38,308 bases of DNA from the NCBI GenBank assembly GCA_031279175.1, contig JAITJA010000214.1:1-38308 (forward strand). Direction: 5' to 3'. This document shows positions 17,163 to 25,770 of the stretch, piece after piece. The translations under genes were made by a program, and so were the position numbers. The notes beneath the pieces were generated by a model that was not told where the DNA came from, searched no databases, and saw only the letters and a program-made list of their open reading frames with translations. Origin of the DNA: Odoribacteraceae bacterium. Lineage in GTDB: Bacteria; Bacteroidota; Bacteroidia; Bacteroidales; Marinifilaceae. The stretch's first letter is position 1; every line of letters begins with the position of its first letter.

Positions 17163-17201
17163 GCCCGGGCCGTCTCGAATAACGCGCGAGACGACCCGGG
17201 C
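17163..17201. terminator. Bidirectional intrinsic terminator between convergent tilS and the PKD-like lipoprotein gene
   Basis: GCCCGGGCCGTCTCG (17163-17177), a 9-nt loop, then CGAGACGACCCGGGC (17187-17201), giving a 15-bp stem with one mismatch. It is flanked by an A6 run upstream and ATTTATTTT downstream. Confidence 0.7.
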
Positions 17202-17240
17202 GGGATTTATTTTACCCCCGCGGGAGACGCCGGGAGGGTT

Positions 17241-18752
17241 TTAGAAGCTCGTCGTGGAAGTGAGCGAGCGGTAATAGACGTTACGGGGGTTGCCCTTCCC
17301 GGAGGAGAGCAGGAACGGCGTCTCCGCGACCAGCGGGGAAGAGGGTTGGAAATCATACGCGCGCAGCGTCCAGCCACTGGAGGTAGCGGAGAGGACGACG
17401 AAGTTATTATAGGTCTTCCCGCTGATGTAACGCGCGAGCGTCTGGGCGTACGCGACGCGTTCGCCGGCAGGTAACGCGACGACCCGCTCCTCGATACCGT
17501 TCGCGAGGTTATAGTACCACACCTCGTTGTCGCCGCTCGAGAAGTAGAGGACGTTCAGGTCGGCGTGCGTGCCGTACAACTTGGCGCCGGGGAGGGCGCT
17601 TCCCGCCGGTACTTGCACGCGGGAGGCGATGGGATTCGTGACCATCGGGGCCGTTGGCATTTCCCACAACGCGCCGGAGAGTAGCCCGTTGATCGTGAAG
17701 CCGTGGAGGGCGTTCGTCCCCCGCTCCTTCATGAGGGCGACGCCGCCCGCCATCATGGTGGCTTTTTCTTTCATGAAGACCATGTCGTAATTCATGTTGT
17801 TCGCGGGATTCGCGCCGCCCGCCATCACGGCGGTGTAGGCCTTCTTGAAGGTGTTAAGCTGCTTGAGCGAGCGGGAGTCCGGGTCGAAGACGAGGAACCC
17901 GCCGACGACCGAGCGACAGATGTTGAACGGGTCTATCCGCGAGCCGGGGGTGACGACGCCCCACCTGCCGATGTTGGCGGCTGAGGCGCGGGTGTCGAGG
18001 ACGTACGAGCTGTTTTCGTTGGTGATTACCTTCGTTTCGGCGGTGCAGATGACGTCTCCTATCTCGATCTTGCCGGGTTGTTGCATGAATAGCTTGTCGA
18101 TCTTGTTCAGCAGTTTCATGCTTTCGATGTCGTAGACCTGAACGGTGGAGCGCGTGGCGACGTATAGGCAGTCGTGATCCTTGTAGGTAGAGTCCCGCCC
18201 GTCGTCGAGCGTGGTGATGATGGTGACGTTCCTGGCGTTGGCCGATGTGACGGCTTCCCCGGGCACACCTTCCCCGTTGGCGCTGGCGAGGATGTTTTCG
18301 GCTATTCTCCCGTCCGGGAAGATGAAGTCGAGGTCTGTGACGTTGTTATTGTCTTTCGTGACGTACCATCCCTCGGCGAACGGCGTGATGACCTTGAGTG
18401 TGGTGTAATAGTACTTGTAGAGTCCGCTGGCCCGGTTGGTGACTTGTAGCGTGACGCGGTAGTTCAACGCCGGCAGGAGCTTGACGGGGAAGAGGAGCTC
18501 TCGGGAGTGGCCGATGGTGTCGCGGGCCATGGCGGTGGAGTAGACAAACCAGAGGTAGTCGTGGTCGTTGTCGCGGGCGGCGATGGTGGGTTCGACGCGG
18601 AGTGTATCCATCATGTACAGGGTGTATTCCGGTTCGATGCCCGAGACCGTTTCCGGCGCGAGGGTTTCGAGATCGGTGTAGATGTAGTTGCCGTTGTCGG
18701 GCACGCAAGCCCAGGTTAGGAGCAGCGTGAATAGGTATATTGCTTGTTTCAT
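17241..18752 (-). CDS. PKD-like family surface lipoprotein (last gene of the SusC/SusD locus)
   Basis: Lipobox is LLLTWAC. The protein is 503 aa. It lies immediately (18-nt gap) downstream of a DUF4843-like gene, in the recurrent Bacteroidales order SusC-SusD-DUF4843-PKD-like. The family call comes from synteny, size and N-terminal pattern, not a search. Confidence 0.6.
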   Translation of the reverse strand: MKQAIYLFTLLLTWACVPDNGNYIYTDLETLAPETVSGIEPEYTLYMMDTLRVEPTIAARDNDHDYLWFVYSTAMARDTIGHSRELLFPVKLLPALNYRVTLQVTNRASGLYKYYYTTLKVITPFAEGWYVTKDNNNVTDLDFIFPDGRIAENILASANGEGVPGEAVTSANARNVTIITTLDDGRDSTYKDHDCLYVATRSTVQVYDIESMKLLNKIDKLFMQQPGKIEIGDVICTAETKVITNENSSYVLDTRASAANIGRWGVVTPGSRIDPFNICRSVVGGFLVFDPDSRSLKQLNTFKKAYTAVMAGGANPANNMNYDMVFMKEKATMMAGGVALMKERGTNALHGFTINGLLSGALWEMPTAPMVTNPIASRVQVPAGSALPGAKLYGTHADLNVLYFSSGDNEVWYYNLANGIEERVVALPAGERVAYAQTLARYISGKTYNNFVVLSATSSGWTLRAYDFQPSSPLVAETPFLLSSGKGNPRNVYYRSLTSTTSF

Positions 18753-18770
18753 CGCGTAAAGTATTTCGTG

Positions 18771-19532
18771 TTAAATGACGGGGAAGGAGACTTCTTGTCC
18801 GTTGTCTTCCTTGAGGACGGGGTTGACGGCGTTGTAGGCGGCCAGTTTTTCCCGCGCCTGCGCGTTGTAGAACTTGCGCACGTCCAGCGGGTAGGTGGAG
18901 ACGTCGGCGTCGAAGTCGGTGAAGCCGACGTACGTGTAGACGAACCAGTGTTTTTGTTTTCCGTACTCGCCGAAGACGAGCGTCCAGCCGAGCGCGTTGC
19001 CGGGCCGCCAGTTGGTCGACGGGAGGAACTGGTCCGAGAACTTGACCTGGAAGGCGGCTTGCTTGTCGATCCCGATCTTGAACTCGTCGTTCTCGACGAT
19101 GCGCAGGCGGAGCGTGATGATCTCTTGCTTGAGGCTCTCGTGGCGTAGCAGGATGACGGGCATACGGTAGGCTGTCGCGTTGGCCGGGATGTACATCAGC
19201 GGTTTCACGGCGGGGTCGTCGAAGGCGACGTAGTGCGTTCCGGGGATGGCGGCGAGGGGATCGGAGGCGTCTACCTGCTCGATGGATATTGCCCGCGGGC
19301 GGTCGACGGGCGCTCCCATCACGCGGGTGTCGATGTAGACGGTGTCCCGCTCTTCCTGGCTGGAGAGGAATGAGTAGAAGAGGCTATCTTGCTGGTAGAC
19401 GTGGATGGTCTCGTAGGAGCCCCGGTAGAAATAGAGTGCGGCGTCCCCGGAATAGTCGCTAACTTGTTGCTCCGTGCAGGCGCAGGCGAGGGCGATGATG
19501 CAGGGGATGGCGCGCGTGAATATTGTTTTCAT
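18771..19532 (-). CDS. DUF4843-like lipoprotein
   Basis: The lipoprotein signal is MKTIFTRAIPCIIALACAC. The size is about 250 aa, and it sits directly after SusD with an 18-nt gap. The family call comes from synteny and size. Confidence 0.6.
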   Translation of the reverse strand: MKTIFTRAIPCIIALACACTEQQVSDYSGDAALYFYRGSYETIHVYQQDSLFYSFLSSQEERDTVYIDTRVMGAPVDRPRAISIEQVDASDPLAAIPGTHYVAFDDPAVKPLMYIPANATAYRMPVILLRHESLKQEIITLRLRIVENDEFKIGIDKQAAFQVKFSDQFLPSTNWRPGNALGWTLVFGEYGKQKHWFVYTYVGFTDFDADVSTYPLDVRKFYNAQAREKLAAYNAVNPVLKEDNGQEVSFPVI

Positions 19533-19550
19533 GCTTTTCGTTGTTACGTG

Positions 19551-20996
19551 TTATTCGAAATTCGTTTGTTGCTCGGGCTTCGGCAGGCGGTAGACGACGT
19601 TCTCGACGAGCGTCGGCCAGGTAAGCGGGCGGACGTCGCGCCGCTTGTAGAAGTAGAACATTTGTCCCTCGGCGTAGAATTCTTTCCGGTACTCTTTCTC
19701 GAGACGGGAGAGGACGGCGCTCTCGTCGGTGAGGCTGTTGTCGATGCTGGCGTCCATCACGCGGGCGACGCGGAATTCTACCAGCCGCTCGTTGGCCTCC
19801 TCGAGCGCGCCGCACTCCATGATGATAAAGTACATCTCGGCGAGGCGGATCAATGGCATGATGGTGGCGGAGACTTTCGTCTCGGGGTCGAGGAACTTCT
19901 TGAAGACGGCTTGCCGCCGGGGGTATTGCAGCTCTTCCCAGTAGCGGTTTGTCCTGCAACGGACGTCGTTCGAGTGGAAGCTTTTCTCGTAGGCCTCGTC
20001 GATGATGGTGATTTCCTGCTTGCAGTTTCCGACGAAGAAGAATGGTTCGAAGATCGAGCTGAAGCTCGGGTTGTGGACGGCAAAGACGTGCTCGACGGAC
20101 ATGAGGAGATCCGCCGCGGTAGAGGTCGTGCCGCCGACAGTGGCCTCGGTAGCCAGCTCGAAGACGGTCGCGCCGGTGGAGGAGACCACGGCCTGTACGA
20201 CTTCCCGCGCGTATTTCGCCGCGAGGTCCGGGCGGTTAATCCACTGGTAGTACCTGGCCTTCGTTGCTTTCACGGCGAGGAGATTGAAGCGGTTCTGGCG
20301 GTAGTAGTGGTACTCGTCCGCCGGGCCGCCGGAGCCGTTGTTGAGGACGGCGGCGGAATAGCGCGTGATCGGGTCGTCTTGCAAGAGTGTCTCCGCCGCG
20401 TCGAGGTCGGCGATGATTGCCTCCAGCACCTTCTCGTGGGAGATGGAGACGAGTGTCTCTCCGGAACGGGCCACGTGCTTGACGTATGGGATGGTCAGCT
20501 CCGCGGCGTTCGCTACCGGCGGCGCGGGGCCCCAGAGGCGCAACGCGTCGAAGTGCAGGAAGGCGCGCAGTCCCGTTGCCTCACCCTTGATCAACGCGTG
20601 GTTGCCGTTCGTGAAGACGCCCTGTTTCTCGTCGATCGCGGCGAGGATGCTGTTCAGGCTCGTGATCGCGTTGTAATAGGCCTGCCACGTGCGCGTGATT
20701 TGTAACTTGGCGGCGGTTGTCCCGAAGTTGTAATCGCGTATGTTGGCCTCGAGGCCGGAAGGAGTGTACACGTCCCAGTGGCGCGCGAGTAGTTCGGGCA
20801 CTTGTATCGTCAGCGCCCGCCCGTAGAGGTTCTCGCCAGCCATGGCGATGTAGACCCCGGTCAGCACTCCCTGGAATCCTTCTTCGTTCTCGTACATGTC
20901 GGATTCCTTGACCTCGCCAAGCGGCGACACGTCTAACCAATCGCTGCAAGCGGTCATCGCCATGACAGCGGAAAGGAGTATAAATATCTTCTTCAT
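19551..20996 (-). CDS. SusD/RagB-family nutrient-binding outer-membrane lipoprotein
   Basis: N-terminus is MKKIFILLSAVMAMTACSDWLDVSPLGEV...YENEEGFQGVLTGVYIAM, a typical SusD lipobox and start. The ATG at 20996 is preferred; an alternative ATG lies at 21014. Confidence 0.9.
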   Translation of the reverse strand: MKKIFILLSAVMAMTACSDWLDVSPLGEVKESDMYENEEGFQGVLTGVYIAMAGENLYGRALTIQVPELLARHWDVYTPSGLEANIRDYNFGTTAAKLQITRTWQAYYNAITSLNSILAAIDEKQGVFTNGNHALIKGEATGLRAFLHFDALRLWGPAPPVANAAELTIPYVKHVARSGETLVSISHEKVLEAIIADLDAAETLLQDDPITRYSAAVLNNGSGGPADEYHYYRQNRFNLLAVKATKARYYQWINRPDLAAKYAREVVQAVVSSTGATVFELATEATVGGTTSTAADLLMSVEHVFAVHNPSFSSIFEPFFFVGNCKQEITIIDEAYEKSFHSNDVRCRTNRYWEELQYPRRQAVFKKFLDPETKVSATIMPLIRLAEMYFIIMECGALEEANERLVEFRVARVMDASIDNSLTDESAVLSRLEKEYRKEFYAEGQMFYFYKRRDVRPLTWPTLVENVVYRLPKPEQQTNFE

Positions 20997-21020
20997 ACTT
21001 GTAAGTTTAAACATGAAACA

Positions 21021-24000
21021 TTAGAAAAGTGCCGACACCGAGAAGGAAAAACGGTAGGCAAAGGGGTAGGCCGTGCCTCGCTCGCGACGGATCGTCGAGA
21101 GACGGAACAGGTCTTCCGCGTGCGCGGCCATCGTCAGCCGGGAGACGCCGGCAACGCGCCGCAAGCCGTCGCCGACGAAGTCCCACGAGAGGTTGATCGA
21201 ACGGCAGTCCAGCATGTATTCCCTCATCACGAAGCGGGAGGAAGCTCCCGTGACCAGCTGGTAGTAGGCCAGTCCCTTGAACTTCACGCGGTCGCCGGGG
21301 TTCTTCCAGCGGTCGTAGAAGGCCCGGCGGTCGGCGTTCTTCAGCGGGTCGACGTTCTCGACCTTGTCCACCAGCGTCTGGTTGTACACGTCGGCCCCGA
21401 CGCGATACCCGAAGACGAGGCTGCAAGAGAAATTCCCGTGGCGGAACATCGTGTTGAGCGTGCCCCACGCCTCCGGGTCGGCCACGCCACACGGCACTTT
21501 GTCCGACGCGCTCCACTCGTCCCCGAAGACTTTCGTCCCGTCACTCTTGACGAGCACCTCCGCGCCGTTACTCGGGTCAATGCCCAACGAACGCACCGCG
21601 TAGATGGTGTTCAGCGATTCTCCTTCTTTCACCAGGAAGCTGGGCGAGACCCGGTCCGTGGCGGCAATCTCCTTGTTCAGCTCATCGAGCGCGTCGGAGA
21701 TTTTCAAGACGGTGTTCTTGTTATGTATCATCGATCCACCGACCGACCACGTGATTCCCCGCTGCTTGTCCATGACCGGGTAGAGGACGAGCGATAGCTC
21801 CACGCCCCGGTTGCGTACCTTCCCGATGTTGTCCTTGTAGTTGTAGAAGCCGCTCGCCAGCGGGGAGTTCACGTCGGCCAGCAGGTCGTAGGTGTCCTTG
21901 TTATAGAAGTCGGCATGTAGCCGGATTCTCCTGTCGAACAGCTCGACGTCCACGCCCGCGTTGAACTGGCCGGTAGTCTCCCACCGCAAGTCCTCGTTCC
22001 CGAGGGCCATCATGTAGTAGCCGTTCCAGAAGCGGTAATTCCTCTCGAAATAGGAGAAGGTCGTCATGGCCTGGTAGGGCTTGAATTTCTGCGACCCGCT
22101 GACCCCGTACGACAGGCGCGCGCGCAGGTTGTCAACCCAGTCGGACTCGAGGAATTGCTCGCGGTGCACGTTCCAACCCACACCGGCCGACCAGAACGGG
22201 GCGAACCGTCTCCGCGCGCCGAACTGCGAGGAGGCGTCGATCTTCACGGAGGCGTCCGCGAAGTAACGATTGTCGTACGCGTAGCTCGCGTTCAACAATC
22301 CGCCCAACGCCCGCGTGACGGCCTCGTTGCTTGACGGTTTTCCATCCTTCGCGTAGCCGTTCGCCACGCCAAAGAGGTGCATGTTCGCGGCAGTGTAGCC
22401 CTCCGCGCGCACGGCATGACTCTCCACGCGGCTCTCCGATACCCGGTAGTTGAAGCCCGCCTGTATCGCGTGCTTCTCCCGCGCCACCGCGCTATAATTC
22501 AACGTGACGTCCGCCTCGTAACGGAACAGGTAGTTCGTTTGATAGTCGTACGTCCCTCTCCGGGAGTAGTTCTCACCCTCGTAGTCCGCCGTCTCGAAGC
22601 GGCTGTTCTTCGCGGAGACGTAGACGTCCGACCGCCCCGACTGGCGCGTGAACGAGACGCGTCCCTTTGCCCACAACGAGGGCGATAACCGCCAGTCCAC
22701 GGCGAGGTTGTCTTTTATCTGGTCGTAGCTGGCGTCGTTCCGCGAGGGGAGCGCCGCGTCGTGCAGCGGGTTGCCCGTGAAGATCCGGAACGGCGTGTAG
22801 CGATCGTCAAGCGTCTTCTTCAGGTTGCCCTCCGCGTCGCGCGGGGCGTAATAGGGATTCAACAGGGTGTATTGCGAGAAGCCGCCGTAAGGGGAGTTCG
22901 CGGAGTTGTTAAACGTCGCGATCAGCTCGTTCTGGAAGGTCAGCGAGTTCCGGTCGTATCTCAGGAACATCCCCCCGGAGATCGTCGAGCGCAACGAACC
23001 TTTCATCGTCCCGGCAACGTGCTGGTATCCCAGGTTCACGGCGTACCGAAATTCCTCGCTCCCGCCGTCTAACCGCGCGCTGTGCCGCTGGCCGATTCCC
23101 ACGCGTACCGGGTATTTCAACCAGTAGGTGTCCACGCCCCGCTTCACTTCCTGCAGGCGCTCGAGGTAAAGTTCCTTGTATTCTTGGTTCTTGGCAGGAT
23201 TGCCGCCTTGCTCGTAGATGCCCGAGAGGCGCTCGAACTCTAACTTCTCCGGCGCGTTCATGAGGTCATACGACGTCAAGTCGGGCGCTTCCAAGTTCAG
23301 GTCGCCCTTGTATGACAGGCGCAACTGCCCCTTCGTCGGCTTGCGGGTCGTGATGACTACTACCCCGTTCGCCCCGCGCGACCCGTAGAGGGCCGTCGAG
23401 CTGGCGTCCTTTAATAGCGTGATCGACTCCGCCAGCGCCGGGTCCATGTCTAACACCTGCCGCAACTCGACCTCGAAGCCGTCCACGATAAAGAGCGGTA
23501 AGTTTGCCAGCGAGGGATCCTGGCTGTCGTCTTGCAACTCCCGCATCCCTACCGAGAGGCTCGTGCTCCCGCGCATCTGGATGTCCGGGAGGCGGTTGGG
23601 ATCTGACCCGTAGACGTTGTTCTCCAGCACGTGAAAGGAGGGATCCACGTTCGCTATTTGCGTCAACAGGTTGGTGTTACTTGCCCGCCGCAGCTCGTCC
23701 GCCGTGATCGTCGTCACGGCCCCCGTGTAGCTCTCCCGCGACCGGGCGAAGATGCCCGTCACCACGACCTCGTCCATCTCGGCTATCCGCTCTTTCATCA
23801 CCACGTTCACCGGCTTGTCTCCCTCGAGCGCAACCTCCACCGGTTCCATACCGATGCACGAGATCAAGAGTACCACGGGGTCTTCCACGCTGACTTCCAT
23901 CCGGAAACTACCGTCCACGCGGGATGACGCGCCTACCATGAGGCCCTTCACCTGTATCGTCGCGCCCGGCACGGGTTGTCCCTTTTCGTCCCGGATGACT

Positions 24001-24389
24001 CCCTGGATCACTCGCTTGACCGGCGATTGTTCTCCTTTCTTCGCGATCAGGATCGTCCGGTCCTCGATCAGGTAACGCAGCGAGGTGCCCCGGAGGGCAA
24101 TGTCCAACGCTACCTCGACCTCTACTTCTTTCACTTCCACGCTCACGTCCGTCACCGGTTTCACGTCCTGTATATTGTACAGGATGTAGTACCCGGACGC
24201 GCGCTGGATCTCTTTCAGCACTTGCTCCAGCGAGGCGCGTTTCATGTTCATGCTCATTCGTTGTCGCGACAATTCCGGCGTCGCGGTCACGATCGTCGAC
24301 AGTAACGTCATGCAAGCGAGCACTCCCGTTACCAGCAAAAATTTCCTCGTTTTTCCCCTGTCGGGGACATGTCCAACATCTTTCTTCAT
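21021..24389 (-). CDS. SusC/RagA-family TonB-dependent transducer with an N-terminal STN signalling domain
   Basis: The STN domain reads MKRASLEQVLKEIQRASGYYILYN...ALDIALRGTSLRYLIEDRTILI. A CarboxypepD_reg-like domain (IQGVIRDEKGQPVPGATIQVKG) and a plug (DPNRLPDIQMRGSTS...FIVDGFE) follow. The long beta-barrel ends in F. Confidence 0.93.
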   Translation of the reverse strand: MKKDVGHVPDRGKTRKFLLVTGVLACMTLLSTIVTATPELSRQRMSMNMKRASLEQVLKEIQRASGYYILYNIQDVKPVTDVSVEVKEVEVEVALDIALRGTSLRYLIEDRTILIAKKGEQSPVKRVIQGVIRDEKGQPVPGATIQVKGLMVGASSRVDGSFRMEVSVEDPVVLLISCIGMEPVEVALEGDKPVNVVMKERIAEMDEVVVTGIFARSRESYTGAVTTITADELRRASNTNLLTQIANVDPSFHVLENNVYGSDPNRLPDIQMRGSTSLSVGMRELQDDSQDPSLANLPLFIVDGFEVELRQVLDMDPALAESITLLKDASSTALYGSRGANGVVVITTRKPTKGQLRLSYKGDLNLEAPDLTSYDLMNAPEKLEFERLSGIYEQGGNPAKNQEYKELYLERLQEVKRGVDTYWLKYPVRVGIGQRHSARLDGGSEEFRYAVNLGYQHVAGTMKGSLRSTISGGMFLRYDRNSLTFQNELIATFNNSANSPYGGFSQYTLLNPYYAPRDAEGNLKKTLDDRYTPFRIFTGNPLHDAALPSRNDASYDQIKDNLAVDWRLSPSLWAKGRVSFTRQSGRSDVYVSAKNSRFETADYEGENYSRRGTYDYQTNYLFRYEADVTLNYSAVAREKHAIQAGFNYRVSESRVESHAVRAEGYTAANMHLFGVANGYAKDGKPSSNEAVTRALGGLLNASYAYDNRYFADASVKIDASSQFGARRRFAPFWSAGVGWNVHREQFLESDWVDNLRARLSYGVSGSQKFKPYQAMTTFSYFERNYRFWNGYYMMALGNEDLRWETTGQFNAGVDVELFDRRIRLHADFYNKDTYDLLADVNSPLASGFYNYKDNIGKVRNRGVELSLVLYPVMDKQRGITWSVGGSMIHNKNTVLKISDALDELNKEIAATDRVSPSFLVKEGESLNTIYAVRSLGIDPSNGAEVLVKSDGTKVFGDEWSASDKVPCGVADPEAWGTLNTMFRHGNFSCSLVFGYRVGADVYNQTLVDKVENVDPLKNADRRAFYDRWKNPGDRVKFKGLAYYQLVTGASSRFVMREYMLDCRSINLSWDFVGDGLRRVAGVSRLTMAAHAEDLFRLSTIRRERGTAYPFAYRFSFSVSALF

Positions 24390-24476
24390 ATCTTTGTTCT
24401 GTTTACGTGTTTTAACCCGGCAGCCGGGTTTTACTCGAATCCCCGGGGGGCGTTGCAGCGTCTCCCGGTTCTTTTC

Positions 24477-25607
24477 TCATTTTAGCACAATCTTTCGTCC
24501 CTCGACCGCGTACTCCACGGCATATACCTTCTGCATCCGTTCGAGGAATACCGTGATCGTCGCGTATTTCGGTAACACGCCATAGAATGACGTCGCGCGC
24601 GTCGCCGGGGAGAGGATCTCGATGTCCATGTCGTACCAGCGGGACAATTTCCGGGCGATTACCTCCAGCGACTCGTCGTCGAAGATAAACAGATTCTCCT
24701 TCCAGCTCGAGTGCACCAGCGCGTTCACCGCGCGCGTCGCGATCTCGCCGCTCGCCATGTCCACGCGGGCCTGCTGACCGGGAGAGAGCACTACCGCCTC
24801 TTCCCCGCGGCTCACCCGCGCTTTCCCGCTTACCAGCGTGGCCTCTACCGCCGCCTCTTCCCCGTATCCCATCACGTTGAACGACGTGCCGAGCGCCTCC
24901 ACGATCGCGCCGCGGACGTGTACCCGGAAAGGAGACGCGCCGCGGGCAACATCAAAATAGGCCTCGCCATCAAGGTATACCTCCCGGGACTCCCCGTCGA
25001 ATATGACCGGGTAGCGCAGGCGGCTCTCCGCGTTCAACCACACCCGCGTGCCGTCCGACAGCATCAAGCCGTATTCCCCGCCGCGCGCCGTCAGCAGCGT
25101 GTTGTATCCCGCGTCGTCAGCCGGTTCTCCCCCCGTCGGGTAAGCGAGACAGGCGGAGTCGTTCCGCGCGATGACTCCCTCTACCTCCTTGCCCTTGACG
25201 ATCTCCACTTGCCGTCCATCCGCCAGCTCCAGCACCACCTGCCCGCCTCCCGGGATCGCGTCGAGCAACGAGAAGTTCTCCCGCGGCGTCCTTTCCAGGC
25301 CCAGCCACAGGCCGACAATCAATAACGGGAGGAACACCAGCGAGGCTACCCGCGTGACGCGACGAATCATCGTCCGCCGGGCGATCTCCCGCTGCACGCG
25401 CTTTTTCAACTCGTCCAGCGAGCGCCCCTCGTACTCTTCCAGTCGCGCGAGTAGCCGTTCCCGATCCATCAAGCGCGCGTACAACGCCCTGTTCTCCTTG
25501 CTCTCGTCGAGCCACGCCTCTAATCGCGCGTCCTCGCCGGGGGAGATATCACCGCGTGCGCGAGCCGCGATCCACGAGGCTATTTTCACGTCTCTCTCTT
25601 TATTCAT
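24477..25607 (-). CDS. FecR-family anti-sigma factor / transmembrane sensor (no adjacent ECF sigma gene)
   Basis: N-terminal anti-sigma segment is MNKERDVKIASWIAARARGDISPGEDARLEAWLDES. There is a single transmembrane helix (VASLVFLPLLIVGLWL). The periplasmic FecR domain reads GGEYGLMLSDGTRVWLNAESRLRYP...EVYLDGEAYFDV. The ATG at 25607 is preferred over the track start at 25787. Confidence 0.88.
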   Translation of the reverse strand: MNKERDVKIASWIAARARGDISPGEDARLEAWLDESKENRALYARLMDRERLLARLEEYEGRSLDELKKRVQREIARRTMIRRVTRVASLVFLPLLIVGLWLGLERTPRENFSLLDAIPGGGQVVLELADGRQVEIVKGKEVEGVIARNDSACLAYPTGGEPADDAGYNTLLTARGGEYGLMLSDGTRVWLNAESRLRYPVIFDGESREVYLDGEAYFDVARGASPFRVHVRGAIVEALGTSFNVMGYGEEAAVEATLVSGKARVSRGEEAVVLSPGQQARVDMASGEIATRAVNALVHSSWKENLFIFDDESLEVIARKLSRWYDMDIEILSPATRATSFYGVLPKYATITVFLERMQKVYAVEYAVEGRKIVLK

Positions 25608-25770
25608 ATCGCGTGTTTTTTTTCTTCCCAGACAACGATCATGCCCCCGGAAAGAATGACAAGAAGTAGAAAAAAAATTACGCGACGACGGGAGAAACAA
25701 GCCCGAAAAACTGCTGCTGCGCGCTGGAAGCGATTTTCGCGTACCTTCGCGGGAAATAAAATCCGCACAA

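Noticed and set aside
16726-17244. ORFs 16726-17244 (+) and 16739-17140 (-) encoding AKPSRDFPRTLRA-type 14-aa repeats; also a CRISPR reading of the 42-bp array
   Set aside because: The ORFs start inside tilS in another frame and are generated by the palindromic repeat itself. The repeats are contiguous (only a 3-nt variable linker), so there are no spacers and this is not CRISPR.
19389-20705. 438-aa ORF antisense to SusD. Similar long antisense ORFs are 33890-35416 (508 aa), 32889-33899 (336 aa), 7603-8625 (340 aa), 26716-27645 (309 aa), 2200-3120 (306 aa), 35978-36796 (272 aa) and 27853-28584 (243 aa).
   Set aside because: Each lies fully inside a confidently identified gene on the other strand. 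Each has the R/G/D/V/P-rich low-complexity composition typical of shadow frames in GC-rich DNA, and none shows a recognisable motif.
24414-24430. Hairpin AACCCGG-CAG-CCGGGTT between FecR and SusC of locus 1, considered as an attenuator or terminator
   Set aside because: The stem is only 7 bp. On the transcribed (minus) strand it is followed by an A-rich tract, not a U-rich one. This is insufficient for a terminator call.
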